A stretch of DNA of 64,000 bases, from contig CBDDPY010000002.1 of NCBI GenBank assembly GCA_965232515.1, forward strand, positions 3,776,001 to 3,840,000, in the 5' to 3' direction. Shown one piece after another: positions 47,141 to 55,745 of this stretch. Position 1 is the stretch's first letter; every line of letters starts with the position of its first letter. Origin of the DNA: Alphaproteobacteria bacterium. GTDB lineage: Bacteria > Pseudomonadota > Alphaproteobacteria > GCA-2731375. The notes under the pieces are model-generated. The model was not told where the DNA came from and made no database searches. It saw only the letters and a list, made by a program, of their open reading frames with translations. The translations under genes were made by a program, and so were the position numbers.

Positions 47141-48595
47141 TTACGGCAGTCTTGCCGCCAGCCGGTCCTTTAACACCTTGCCGAGCGCGCTCTTCGGCAA
47201 CTCATCGAGAACGAAGAAGCCCTTGGGCACCTTGTAGGACGCAAGGCGGTCGCGGCAGAACGCCGCCAGTGCGTCGTCGGACACCGCCGCATCGGTCGTC
47301 ACGAACGCGGCCACTTCCTCGCCGAATTCGCGCGACGGCCAGGGCACCACGGCGCAGTCGCGAACATCGGGATGGCCCCGCAGCACGGCCTCGATCTCCG
47401 CCGGGAAGATGTTGACGCCGCCCCGAATGATCATCTCCTTGGCGCGGCCCACAATGGTCAGGAAACCATCGGCGTCGAGGCATCCGACATCGCCCGTGTA
47501 GTACCAGCCGTCGCGGAAATAGCGCCGGGTCTCCGCCGGATCGTTGTAGAAACCGTCCGGCAGCCAGGGCGCGCGCTGGCGGATCAATCCAACCTCGTCC
47601 ACCGGCAGAACGGCGTCGTTTGCGTCGACGATCTCGACCTCGGTCTGATAGGCCAGTTGCCCGACCGTGCCGGCCTTCTCCGCGCCCGCGTCGGGCCCCA
47701 GCGCCGCGACCGGCCCGCCCTCGGTAGAGCTGAACAGGTTCACCAGGTTGGGCGAGATCCGCCGCATCACCTGGTCGCGTTCCTCGGCGCCCAGCACGGC
47801 GCCGCTGGAAATCAGAATTTGCAAGTCCGGCAACAGCGGGCCCGATGGCGGCGCCACCTCGAGCAACCGCCGCAACTGCGTCGGGACCAGGAACACCGAC
47901 GACACGTCCAGACGGTTGATGGCGTCGGCCAGTGCCGCCGGCTCGTGCGGCGGCGGGTTCAGGATCACGGTGGCCCCGAGCACCAGGTGGCTGATCGTGA
48001 AGCCGCGACCGCCGCCGAAATAGAGCGGCGTCGCCAGCATGTTGCGGTGCCGTTCGCAAAATCCCAACGTCACGGCCTGCGACATGAACCGCGTCAGCAT
48101 GTGGCGATGCGTGGTGGCGGCGCCCTTCGGCCGGCCGGTGGTGCCCGACGACATCGACAGCCAGACCGGCCGGTCCGGATCGCTGGGAAAGTCGTCGTCA
48201 AGCGAGATACCGGCAAGGCCCTCGAACCAGGCTTGGTCGGCAACGAGATTGGCGACCCCGTCGGTCTCCGCGGTCTCGCTGACGACCGCGTCAGCGACGA
48301 AGAACTGGGCGACGCGGCTTTTTTCGGAGGGCGTCCAGCGCACGTCCATCGGCAGCACCACGGCGCCGAGCCGGATCAGCCCCAGAAGCACCAGGACATG
48401 CTCGAGCGTGTCCCGCATGCAAAGACCGGCCATACAGCCCGGCGCCAGGCCGTCGTGGCGCAGCTTGGTCGCCACGCGCGTCACGCGGTCGTCCAGACTC
48501 CGGTAGTCGAGGACACGGTCGTCCGCGATCAACGCCGGATGCCGCGGCTTCCGGCGCGCGTTGTAGGCGATCGCGTCGGCGATGGTCGTCAGCAT
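47141..48595 (-). CDS. Acyl-CoA synthetase (AMP-forming), second paralog
   Basis: SSGTTGRPKG, FSSTE, TGD, GRAKEMIIRGG, SALGK. Confidence 0.9.
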   Translation of the reverse strand: MLTTIADAIAYNARRKPRHPALIADDRVLDYRSLDDRVTRVATKLRHDGLAPGCMAGLCMRDTLEHVLVLLGLIRLGAVVLPMDVRWTPSEKSRVAQFFVADAVVSETAETDGVANLVADQAWFEGLAGISLDDDFPSDPDRPVWLSMSSGTTGRPKGAATTHRHMLTRFMSQAVTLGFCERHRNMLATPLYFGGGRGFTISHLVLGATVILNPPPHEPAALADAINRLDVSSVFLVPTQLRRLLEVAPPSGPLLPDLQILISSGAVLGAEERDQVMRRISPNLVNLFSSTEGGPVAALGPDAGAEKAGTVGQLAYQTEVEIVDANDAVLPVDEVGLIRQRAPWLPDGFYNDPAETRRYFRDGWYYTGDVGCLDADGFLTIVGRAKEMIIRGGVNIFPAEIEAVLRGHPDVRDCAVVPWPSREFGEEVAAFVTTDAAVSDDALAAFCRDRLASYKVPKGFFVLDELPKSALGKVLKDRLAARLP

Positions 48596-48607
48596 CGGAC
48601 CGGCCGT

Positions 48608-49477
48608 CTAATCCAGCTTGTAGATGCGCCGCGTATTGTCGCGGAGCAGCTTGCGCAGGGCCTCGGGCCGCAATTCCAGCGACTCGATCTCCTGGCGGGT
48701 ACGCTCGAAGCCCAGCACGGGAAAGTCGGTGCCGAAGATGACTTTGTCCTGGCCGTAGGTGTTGATGTAGTGGACGAATTCCGGCGGCCAGTATTTCGGC
48801 GCATGCGCGTCGCAGCCGATATAGACGTTGGGGTGCTTCCAGGCCATGGCGATCATCTCGGACGTCCAGGGAATGCCGACATGGATGCCGATCAGGGTCA
48901 GCTCCGGGAAATCGCAGGCCACGTCGTCCAGCGTGATCGGACGGCCGACGCTGCGCAGGCGCCGGTCCGGTGAGTAGATCAGCGACTGTCCCACCTGCAT
49001 CTGGATCGGCACGTCCAGTTCCACGCATTTGGCATAGAACGGATAGACCCGGGCATGGTTCGGCGGCAGCTCGAACCAATGCGGATAGAAGTGCGCGCCG
49101 ATGAAGCCCAGTTCGCCGACCGCGTGTTCCAATCTGCGCACACCGTCCATGCCCATGGTCGGGTCGATCCCTGCCAGTCCGGAGAAGCGGTCGGGATATT
49201 GGGCCACGGCGTCGGCGACCAGCTTGTAAGGAATATGCACGCTGGCCGGCAGGCCGAGTTGGCCGGCACAGGACGCGATCAGAAAGCCGCGTTCGATCCC
49301 GGCGCTGTCCATGCGGCGCAGCATTTCGTCGAGCGTGATGCCCTGAAAGGTCTTGTCGGAGACGCCGATCTTGTCGACGTAAAAACCGCGAAAGGACTCC
49401 GCGCGCAGGTTGACGGCTTCCGAGGTCCAGATATTCACCACGGCATCGATCGCCAGTAGGTCGTAGTCGCCAGTCAT
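48608..49477 (-). CDS. Amidohydrolase_2 family protein (paralog A)
   Basis: FIGAHFYPHWF, FYAKCVELDVP, FPELTLIGIH, KVIFGTDFP. Confidence 0.85.
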   Translation of the reverse strand: MTGDYDLLAIDAVVNIWTSEAVNLRAESFRGFYVDKIGVSDKTFQGITLDEMLRRMDSAGIERGFLIASCAGQLGLPASVHIPYKLVADAVAQYPDRFSGLAGIDPTMGMDGVRRLEHAVGELGFIGAHFYPHWFELPPNHARVYPFYAKCVELDVPIQMQVGQSLIYSPDRRLRSVGRPITLDDVACDFPELTLIGIHVGIPWTSEMIAMAWKHPNVYIGCDAHAPKYWPPEFVHYINTYGQDKVIFGTDFPVLGFERTRQEIESLELRPEALRKLLRDNTRRIYKLD

Positions 49478-49520
49478 CTCGTGAGCATTCCTTATCGCAA
49501 TTGTTCCGATCGCCGGCGGG

Positions 49521-50663
49521 CTACAGCCCCATCTCGCGCGCGATGATGTCGCGCTGCAGCTCGTTGGCGCCTTCGCCGAAGGTATAGAGTCGGCCGTCCC
49601 GCCACATCCGCTGCATATCGCTGTCCGCGGCGTAGCCGGCGCTGGCCAGCAGCTGCATGCCGTGATGGGTCACGTATTGCAGGCAATCCGAGGCCAGCAT
49701 CTTCGCTTGCGCCGCCTCCTTGCGGCAGCGCTCGCCCCGGTCGATCAGCCAGGCCAGCCGATAGAGCATCAGCCGCGCCTGATCGACGCGGGTCTGCATG
49801 TCGGCAAGACGATGCCGCACGACCTGGAACGCGCTCAGGCGCTGGCCGAACTGGACGCGCTCCTTGACATGGGCGGCGGCGATGTCGACCGCGCGCTGGG
49901 CCTGGCCGAGCGCGTTGCCGGCCTGTCCGCTGCGGCTGTAATGCAGCGTCGCCATCATGTGCCGGAAGCCATCGCCTTCTTCGCCGAACAACGCCGTGTC
50001 GGGGACGAAAACCTCGTCAAAGCCGATATCCCACGAGGTCAGGCAGTTGTTCCCGACCTTCTGCAATTGCGTCATGGCGATGCCGTCGGCGCCACGCGGC
50101 ACCAGAAACACCGAGACGCCCCGGCTGCCGCTCGACCCCTTCTCGGTCCGGCAGGCGGTGACCAGGTAGTCGGCCTGGTCGGCGTTGCTGATCCAGGTCT
50201 TGCGGCCGTTGATGCGCCAGCCGCCCTCGACACGCTCGGCGCGGGTGACGAGGGCGCCGGCGTCGCTGCCGGCGCCGGGCTCGGTCAGCGCCAGGGAAAA
50301 GCGCAGTTCGCCGTTGATGAGGCGCGGCAGCAGCGCCGATTTCTGCGCCGCATTGCCGTAGCCCAGCAGCGACATGCCGCCGAAACACAGTGTCGTGCCG
50401 TAAAGCGACGCCGCCATGCCGGCCTGATAGGCGAGACGCTCCTGCACCAGGGTCACGCTGACCCAGCTACCCTCCAGACCGCCATATTCGGCCGGGAACG
50501 GTATCGCCATCAGGCCCAGTTCGGCGAAACGCGTCAGCATGAAGTCGGGCGGATCATGGGCCTGGTCGCGGCGCCGCACCTCTTCGGGGGGCAGGTGCCG
50601 GGCCATCATGCGGTCGACGGAGTCGAGCAGGGCGCGTTGCTCGCCGCTAATGCTGAAGTCCAA
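49521..50663 (-). CDS. Acyl-CoA dehydrogenase
   Basis: TTG start. LTEPGAGSD, NGRKTWISN, RVQFG, TFGEGANE. Confidence 0.92.
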   Translation of the reverse strand: MDFSISGEQRALLDSVDRMMARHLPPEEVRRRDQAHDPPDFMLTRFAELGLMAIPFPAEYGGLEGSWVSVTLVQERLAYQAGMAASLYGTTLCFGGMSLLGYGNAAQKSALLPRLINGELRFSLALTEPGAGSDAGALVTRAERVEGGWRINGRKTWISNADQADYLVTACRTEKGSSGSRGVSVFLVPRGADGIAMTQLQKVGNNCLTSWDIGFDEVFVPDTALFGEEGDGFRHMMATLHYSRSGQAGNALGQAQRAVDIAAAHVKERVQFGQRLSAFQVVRHRLADMQTRVDQARLMLYRLAWLIDRGERCRKEAAQAKMLASDCLQYVTHHGMQLLASAGYAADSDMQRMWRDGRLYTFGEGANELQRDIIAREMGL

Positions 50664-51082
50664 ACGTCACCCCCAGGGACCGCCGCTATTGTAAATAGCG
50701 CAACATTTTCTCAATCTGTTGCTCCATTTGCAACAGTGGCACGGCGATCGACAACGGCCGAACGCCGGCGGACCGATTTGACCTCTGTTTGCAGTCTTCC
50801 CTTCCGCTATCACCGGCCTTCCGGATTTCCGTCCGGCATCGGGCGATCCTCGACCCGTAAACGGGCATGGGGTGAACGTCGAAGACCGGGGCGAGGACCT
50901 CCCGAGATGCCGGCCTTACGGCGTCTGTCATTCTTCGGGCGCGCGGCCCGACAGCCCGGTTCGGGCAACCGGCGTTAGCGTCACATCAATGTGGACCGCC
51001 GTTCGGCTGCCGCTTGGAAACGGCTACGTCAGAAACGTCGGTTTCCGCTGTCAAACAACCGGCCGGACGGTCTGCTGCAAAA

Positions 51083-52261
51083 TCAGGACGAAAAGGCCTC
51101 GACGACGGTGACGTTGGCGAGGCCGCCGCCTTCGCACATCGTCTGCAGGCCATACTTCTTGTTGCGTGCCTTGAGCGCATTCAGCAGCGTTGCCATCAAT
51201 TTTGTGCCGGAGGCACCGAGCGGATGACCGAGGGCGATGGCGCCGCCATTGACGTTCAGCTTCTCGTAATTGCCGCCAATTTCCTTCATCCAGGCCATCG
51301 GAACCGGCGCGAAGGCTTCGTTCACCTCATAGAGATCGATGTCGTCGATCGACATGTCGGCGCGTTCCAGCGCCCTCCTGGTGGCGCGAATCGGCTCCTC
51401 CAGCATGATGACGGGATCACCGCCGGTGACCGTCAGGTTGACGATCCTTGCGAGCGGCTGCAAGTCGTGTTCGCGGACGGCCCGTTCGCTCGCCACCAGG
51501 GCGCCGCTTGCGCCATCGCAGATCTGGCTGGCGTTGGCCGCCGTGACGCGGCCGCCTTCCTTCAGCAGCTTGACGGCCGCGATCGATTCCATGCTGGCGT
51601 CGAAGCGGATGCCCTCGTCTCGATCATGCAACACGGTGTCGCCGTGCTCGTCCTCGATCGGCAGCGGCACGATCTCGTTCCCGAACGCGCCTTCGTTGGT
51701 CGCGCGCGCCGCCCGCCGATGGCTCTCCAGGGCGAAGGCATCCAGTTCTTCCCGCGCGAACCCATACTTCTCCGCCATCATCTCGGCACCGATAAACTGG
51801 CTGAATTGCACGCCCGGATAACGCGCCTCCATCCTCGGGCTCTTGGGCTTGCCGAGGCCCGCTTCGGCGGCCAGGCGCGTCGGACTGCCCATGGGCACGC
51901 GCGTCATGCTCTCGACGCCGGCGGCAATGACCAGGTCCATGGTGCCGGACATCACGGCCTGCGCGGCGAACTGCAAGGACTGTTGCGACGATCCGCATTG
52001 CCGGTCGATGGACACGGCCGGCACGCTTTCGGGCAGCTTCGACGCCAAGACGCAGTTGCGGCCGATGTGAAAGGACTGCTCGCCGGCCATACCGACGCAG
52101 CCCATGATGACGTCCTCGACGCCGGCCGGGTCGATGCCGGTGCGGTCGACAAGCGCGTCAAGAACCGCGCCGCCCATATCGGCCGGATGCCAGCCCGCGA
52201 GTTTTCCGCCCCGACGACCGCCCGCCGTCCGCACCGCATCGACAATGTAAGCGTCTGCCAC
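51083..52261 (-). CDS. Acetyl-CoA C-acetyltransferase (thiolase)
   Basis: DRQCGSS, NEAF, GHPLGASG, MCEGGG. Confidence 0.95.
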   Translation of the reverse strand: MADAYIVDAVRTAGGRRGGKLAGWHPADMGGAVLDALVDRTGIDPAGVEDVIMGCVGMAGEQSFHIGRNCVLASKLPESVPAVSIDRQCGSSQQSLQFAAQAVMSGTMDLVIAAGVESMTRVPMGSPTRLAAEAGLGKPKSPRMEARYPGVQFSQFIGAEMMAEKYGFAREELDAFALESHRRAARATNEGAFGNEIVPLPIEDEHGDTVLHDRDEGIRFDASMESIAAVKLLKEGGRVTAANASQICDGASGALVASERAVREHDLQPLARIVNLTVTGGDPVIMLEEPIRATRRALERADMSIDDIDLYEVNEAFAPVPMAWMKEIGGNYEKLNVNGGAIALGHPLGASGTKLMATLLNALKARNKKYGLQTMCEGGGLANVTVVEAFSS

Positions 52262-52478
52262 GTCACACTCCCCTTCCGATTAAAGCTGCCGACGAAAATC
52301 GCATATTTGCGCAGCCGGTTGTCAGGAATCCGCATCTTGCCTATGGGATTCCGTTGCATATCGATGATTTGGGTGGCCCTCGCCGCAGCCCACAGGCGAA
52401 TTCGCGAGCGCCAAGCTTTGAACTGCTCACGGTTCCTGTGATCCGCAGATCTGCGGCGGCTGAGCGCTCGGCCCCACC

Positions 52479-52506
52479 AAAAAAAGGCCCGGCTTGATAC
52501 CGGGCC
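52479..52506 (-). terminator. Rho-independent terminator after the ThDP-enzyme gene
   Basis: Minus strand reads GGCCCGG-TATCAAG-CCGGGCC-TTTTTTT. Confidence 0.8.
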
Positions 52507-52567
52507 GAGGGCACAGGGAGGAACGTGCCGAGTATGAAATCCGTTGAACGCTTACGTCGCGCCAAGG

Positions 52568-54325
52568 TCAGGCGGAATGCTTGTCGGCCGGATCCTTGAG
52601 CTGTCCGTCGAACATGGTCAGCGGGGGATAGGCGTCTGGGTCTGTAACGATATCGAGCAGGGTTGCGCGAGGTCGGGCGATCGCCGCGCGAAGGGCCGGC
52701 TCGATCGCATCCGGCGCATCGATGCGGACGGCGTCGCAGTTGCAGGCCCGCGCGATCGCGGCATGATCGACGGCCTGGAAGTGGCATGCGTTCGTATGCC
52801 GGCCGAACTTCACCGTTTCGGCATCCTTCTGATAGCCGAGGACACCGTTGTTGAGGACAACCAGGACGATGGGGATGGATTCCCGCACCAGTGTCTCGAG
52901 TTCCGACCAGACGTGGCCGAAACCACCGTCGCCGACGACGCAGATCACCGGTCCGTCCGGCCTGGCGAGCTTGGCGCCGACGGCAAGCGGCAAGCCCCAG
53001 CCCAATCCGGCGAGGCCGCGCGGGGTCAGAAACCGCATGCCCGGCGCTCGGGACGCGAGGTAGGCGGTGACCCAGACCGACGAATAGCTGGCGTCCGCAA
53101 CCACCGTCATCTCCGGCGCCAGAACATGTTCGATTTCCTGCATGACCCGTTCCGGGCGAATGGGCCGCGCCTGTGATCCACAGACATCCGACGCGGCCGC
53201 CATCCGTTGGGCCCGCGCGTCAGCAATCCGTTCCGCCAGCGCGGGCCGGGCGCCTCTCCGCCGTCCAAGATCCCGCGTCCGCAGCGCCGACGCCAGACCG
53301 GCGAGCGTGAGCTTCGCGTCGCCGACCAGACGCAGCGCCTCATGGATGCGGCCGACTTCCTGGCCATCGACATCGAGATGTATGATCCGCGCGCCGGCAG
53401 GCAGCAGCGTCCAGCTGTCGGTGCCGTTCTGGTTGGTCCGAGTGCCGACGAGAAGCACAACGTCCGCCTCACCCACCAACGGCCGCGTGAATCTGCCAAG
53501 CGACCGGTTCCCCATGATGTTGCCGACGGGTCCGACGGAGAGAGGATGCCCGTCGTCAACCGCGCCCTTTCCCATGACCGTGGTCGCGACCGGCAGGGAG
53601 GCCAGCTCCTGAAGCTCGGCAAGTTCGGCTGTCGCCTGAGCGCCATGCACCCCGCCGCCGGCAATCACCAGCGGCGACCTGGCATCCGCAAGCAGATCGG
53701 CCGCCCGACCGATCAGGTCGGGATCGGCGACCGCTCGATCCAACGGCCACTGGCCGAGACGGGCCGAACGGGCGGATTGGGGCTCGGCCACCTGCTCAAT
53801 CAACAGGTCGGCCGGCAGCAGCAGAACGGCAGGTCCGGGCCGGCCGGTGCCGGCAGCCGCGAACGCCATATCGACGTAGTCCTCGACGCGCCCGGCTTCG
53901 CCGACCCGCCGCACCCATTTGGCGCAGGCCTGGAACAGGGCCATATGGTCCAGCTCCTGAAAGGCATTGCGATCGACCTGAGACCGGTTGACCTCCTGCA
54001 CCAACGCGACGATCGGGATGCTGGACTTGCTGGCCTCCGCCAACGGCGCCACCAACAACGTCGCGGCCGGGCCATTCTGCGCGCAGACGACGGCGATCCT
54101 GTTGGACCGCCGCGCATAGCCATCGGCCATCGCACCGCCGGCGTTCTCGGTCCGGTAGGTGATCTGCCGGATGCCGGCGTCCTCACAGGCCAGCACCACG
54201 GCGGACGGCAGGCTCTGGCTGAACATCACCTCAACGCCATGGCGCCGCAGGGCCGACGCAATGAGATCCGCCGCCGTTACGCGCGAGAGCCGGGTCTCAT
54301 CGCTCGACAGACTTTCCAGGGTCAT
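52568..54325 (-). CDS. Thiamine-diphosphate enzyme, acetolactate synthase-like (probably catabolic)
   Basis: TENAGGAMADG, GDGG...VLNN. No small regulatory subunit nearby. Confidence 0.88.
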   Translation of the reverse strand: MTLESLSSDETRLSRVTAADLIASALRRHGVEVMFSQSLPSAVVLACEDAGIRQITYRTENAGGAMADGYARRSNRIAVVCAQNGPAATLLVAPLAEASKSSIPIVALVQEVNRSQVDRNAFQELDHMALFQACAKWVRRVGEAGRVEDYVDMAFAAAGTGRPGPAVLLLPADLLIEQVAEPQSARSARLGQWPLDRAVADPDLIGRAADLLADARSPLVIAGGGVHGAQATAELAELQELASLPVATTVMGKGAVDDGHPLSVGPVGNIMGNRSLGRFTRPLVGEADVVLLVGTRTNQNGTDSWTLLPAGARIIHLDVDGQEVGRIHEALRLVGDAKLTLAGLASALRTRDLGRRRGARPALAERIADARAQRMAAASDVCGSQARPIRPERVMQEIEHVLAPEMTVVADASYSSVWVTAYLASRAPGMRFLTPRGLAGLGWGLPLAVGAKLARPDGPVICVVGDGGFGHVWSELETLVRESIPIVLVVLNNGVLGYQKDAETVKFGRHTNACHFQAVDHAAIARACNCDAVRIDAPDAIEPALRAAIARPRATLLDIVTDPDAYPPLTMFDGQLKDPADKHSA

Positions 54326-54403
54326 GACCAATGCCTCGGCGATACGCCTGCGGCCCGGTCCGTTCGCTTATCGGTCACGAGACAGGCTCTTCCCTTCGCA
54401 TCC

Positions 54404-55744
54404 TCAATTGGCTTGCCGTTCCAAGCTGCGCAGGTCTTCGTCCTCGTCGAACACCGCGCAGAACGCGGACACAAAGAAGTCGATGTCAGCCTCCGTCATC
54501 GCCGTGCTCAGCGACGAGCACGACATGGGCGGCATGATCACGCCTCTTGCCAGCATCGCGCGCGCCATTTGGTGAAGCAGCTTCACCTCAACGGGCGTCG
54601 GCCAGAACTCGCGGTAGTTCCGCGGCTTCCGTGCCTTGAAGTGGACGCGAAACAAGGAGCCCAGTCCGGTCACGGCCGCCGGCAGACGACGCTCGGCGAT
54701 CGCGTCGGACAGCCGGGCACGCACCGTTTCTCCAAGGCGTTCCAGGCGTTCGAAGGCCGCCCGATCGAGCGCCTCCATCGAGGCGATCCCAGCCACCATC
54801 GACAGGGGGTTTGCGGAAAACGTGCCGCCCTGGGGCAGCGGCGCATCGCTGTCCGAGTTATCGAATATGGCCATCAAATCCGACCCGCCGGCGACAGCGC
54901 CAATGGGCAGGCCGCCGCCGATGATCTTACCCAGGGTGATCAGATCTGGTTCCAGGCCGAAGCGTGCCGAGGCGCCATGGTAGCCCTGCCTGAAATTGAG
55001 CACCTCATCGCTGATCAAAAGGATGCCATGACGCTTCGTGATGTCCCGGATCGCGGCCACGTAGTCGGGATCGAGCGGGATCAGGCCCGCCCGGCTCGGC
55101 ACCATGTCGATCAACAGACAAGCCAGCTCCGCCGCGTGGCGTTCCATCAGGTCAGCCGTCGTATCGATGTCGTTGAAGGGTACGACCACGACCTCGTCCA
55201 GGACGGAGGCCGGTGTACCTGCGGCGAAAGGCACGGATGCCGGCTCGCGTTCGCCCCAGTTATCGGGATTGCTGTTCTCGCTCACCTCCGCCCAATCGTA
55301 GGCGCCGTGATATGAGCCTTCGAACTTTGCTACTTTGGTTCGGCCGGTGATGGCTCGGGCCGCCTTGAGCGCGAACATCACGGCTTCCGTGCCCGTATTT
55401 ACGTAGCGCACCCTTTCGGCGGCCGGCGCGCGCGAACAGAGAATTTCGCTCAAGGCGATTTCGTGTTCCGTCGGGTTGGCAAAGCAGGTTCCGGAATGCA
55501 GCTGCCGTTCGACGGCCGCGGCGACGGGGCTGAAAGCGTGCCCATGTATCAGGGTCGTGTAGTTATTGTTGAAGTCCAGATAGCGATTGCCATCGACGTC
55601 GGTCAGCCATGCGCCCTCTCCGGCCGAAATGTAGATCGGTGTTGGATGGCGCTGGATCGTAAAGCGTGTCGTCCCGCCGGGCATGACCGACTTGGCGCGG
55701 TCGAAGAGTCTCTCGGAAGTGACATGGCGATTGTGGCCAAGCAT
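54404..55744 (-). CDS. Class III PLP aminotransferase (GSA-aminomutase-like)
   Basis: Start MLGHNR at 55744. DVDGNRYLD, NTGTEA, SDEV, LGKIIGGG, GTFSANP. Confidence 0.9.
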   Translation of the reverse strand: MLGHNRHVTSERLFDRAKSVMPGGTTRFTIQRHPTPIYISAGEGAWLTDVDGNRYLDFNNNYTTLIHGHAFSPVAAAVERQLHSGTCFANPTEHEIALSEILCSRAPAAERVRYVNTGTEAVMFALKAARAITGRTKVAKFEGSYHGAYDWAEVSENSNPDNWGEREPASVPFAAGTPASVLDEVVVVPFNDIDTTADLMERHAAELACLLIDMVPSRAGLIPLDPDYVAAIRDITKRHGILLISDEVLNFRQGYHGASARFGLEPDLITLGKIIGGGLPIGAVAGGSDLMAIFDNSDSDAPLPQGGTFSANPLSMVAGIASMEALDRAAFERLERLGETVRARLSDAIAERRLPAAVTGLGSLFRVHFKARKPRNYREFWPTPVEVKLLHQMARAMLARGVIMPPMSCSSLSTAMTEADIDFFVSAFCAVFDEDEDLRSLERQAN

Positions 55745-55745
55745 G

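Noticed and set aside
52443-52456. Perfect 14-bp palindrome CCGCAGATCTGCGG
   Set aside because: Single copy in GC-rich DNA with no supporting context.
52568-54325. ilvB/ilvI biosynthetic AHAS assignment
   Set aside because: No small subunit or ilv genes nearby, and the N-terminus is divergent (FSQSLP instead of FGxPG).
54404-55744. hemL (tetrapyrrole biosynthesis) assignment
   Set aside because: The similarity is family-level only, and the catabolic context with hyuAB argues for a different aminotransferase.
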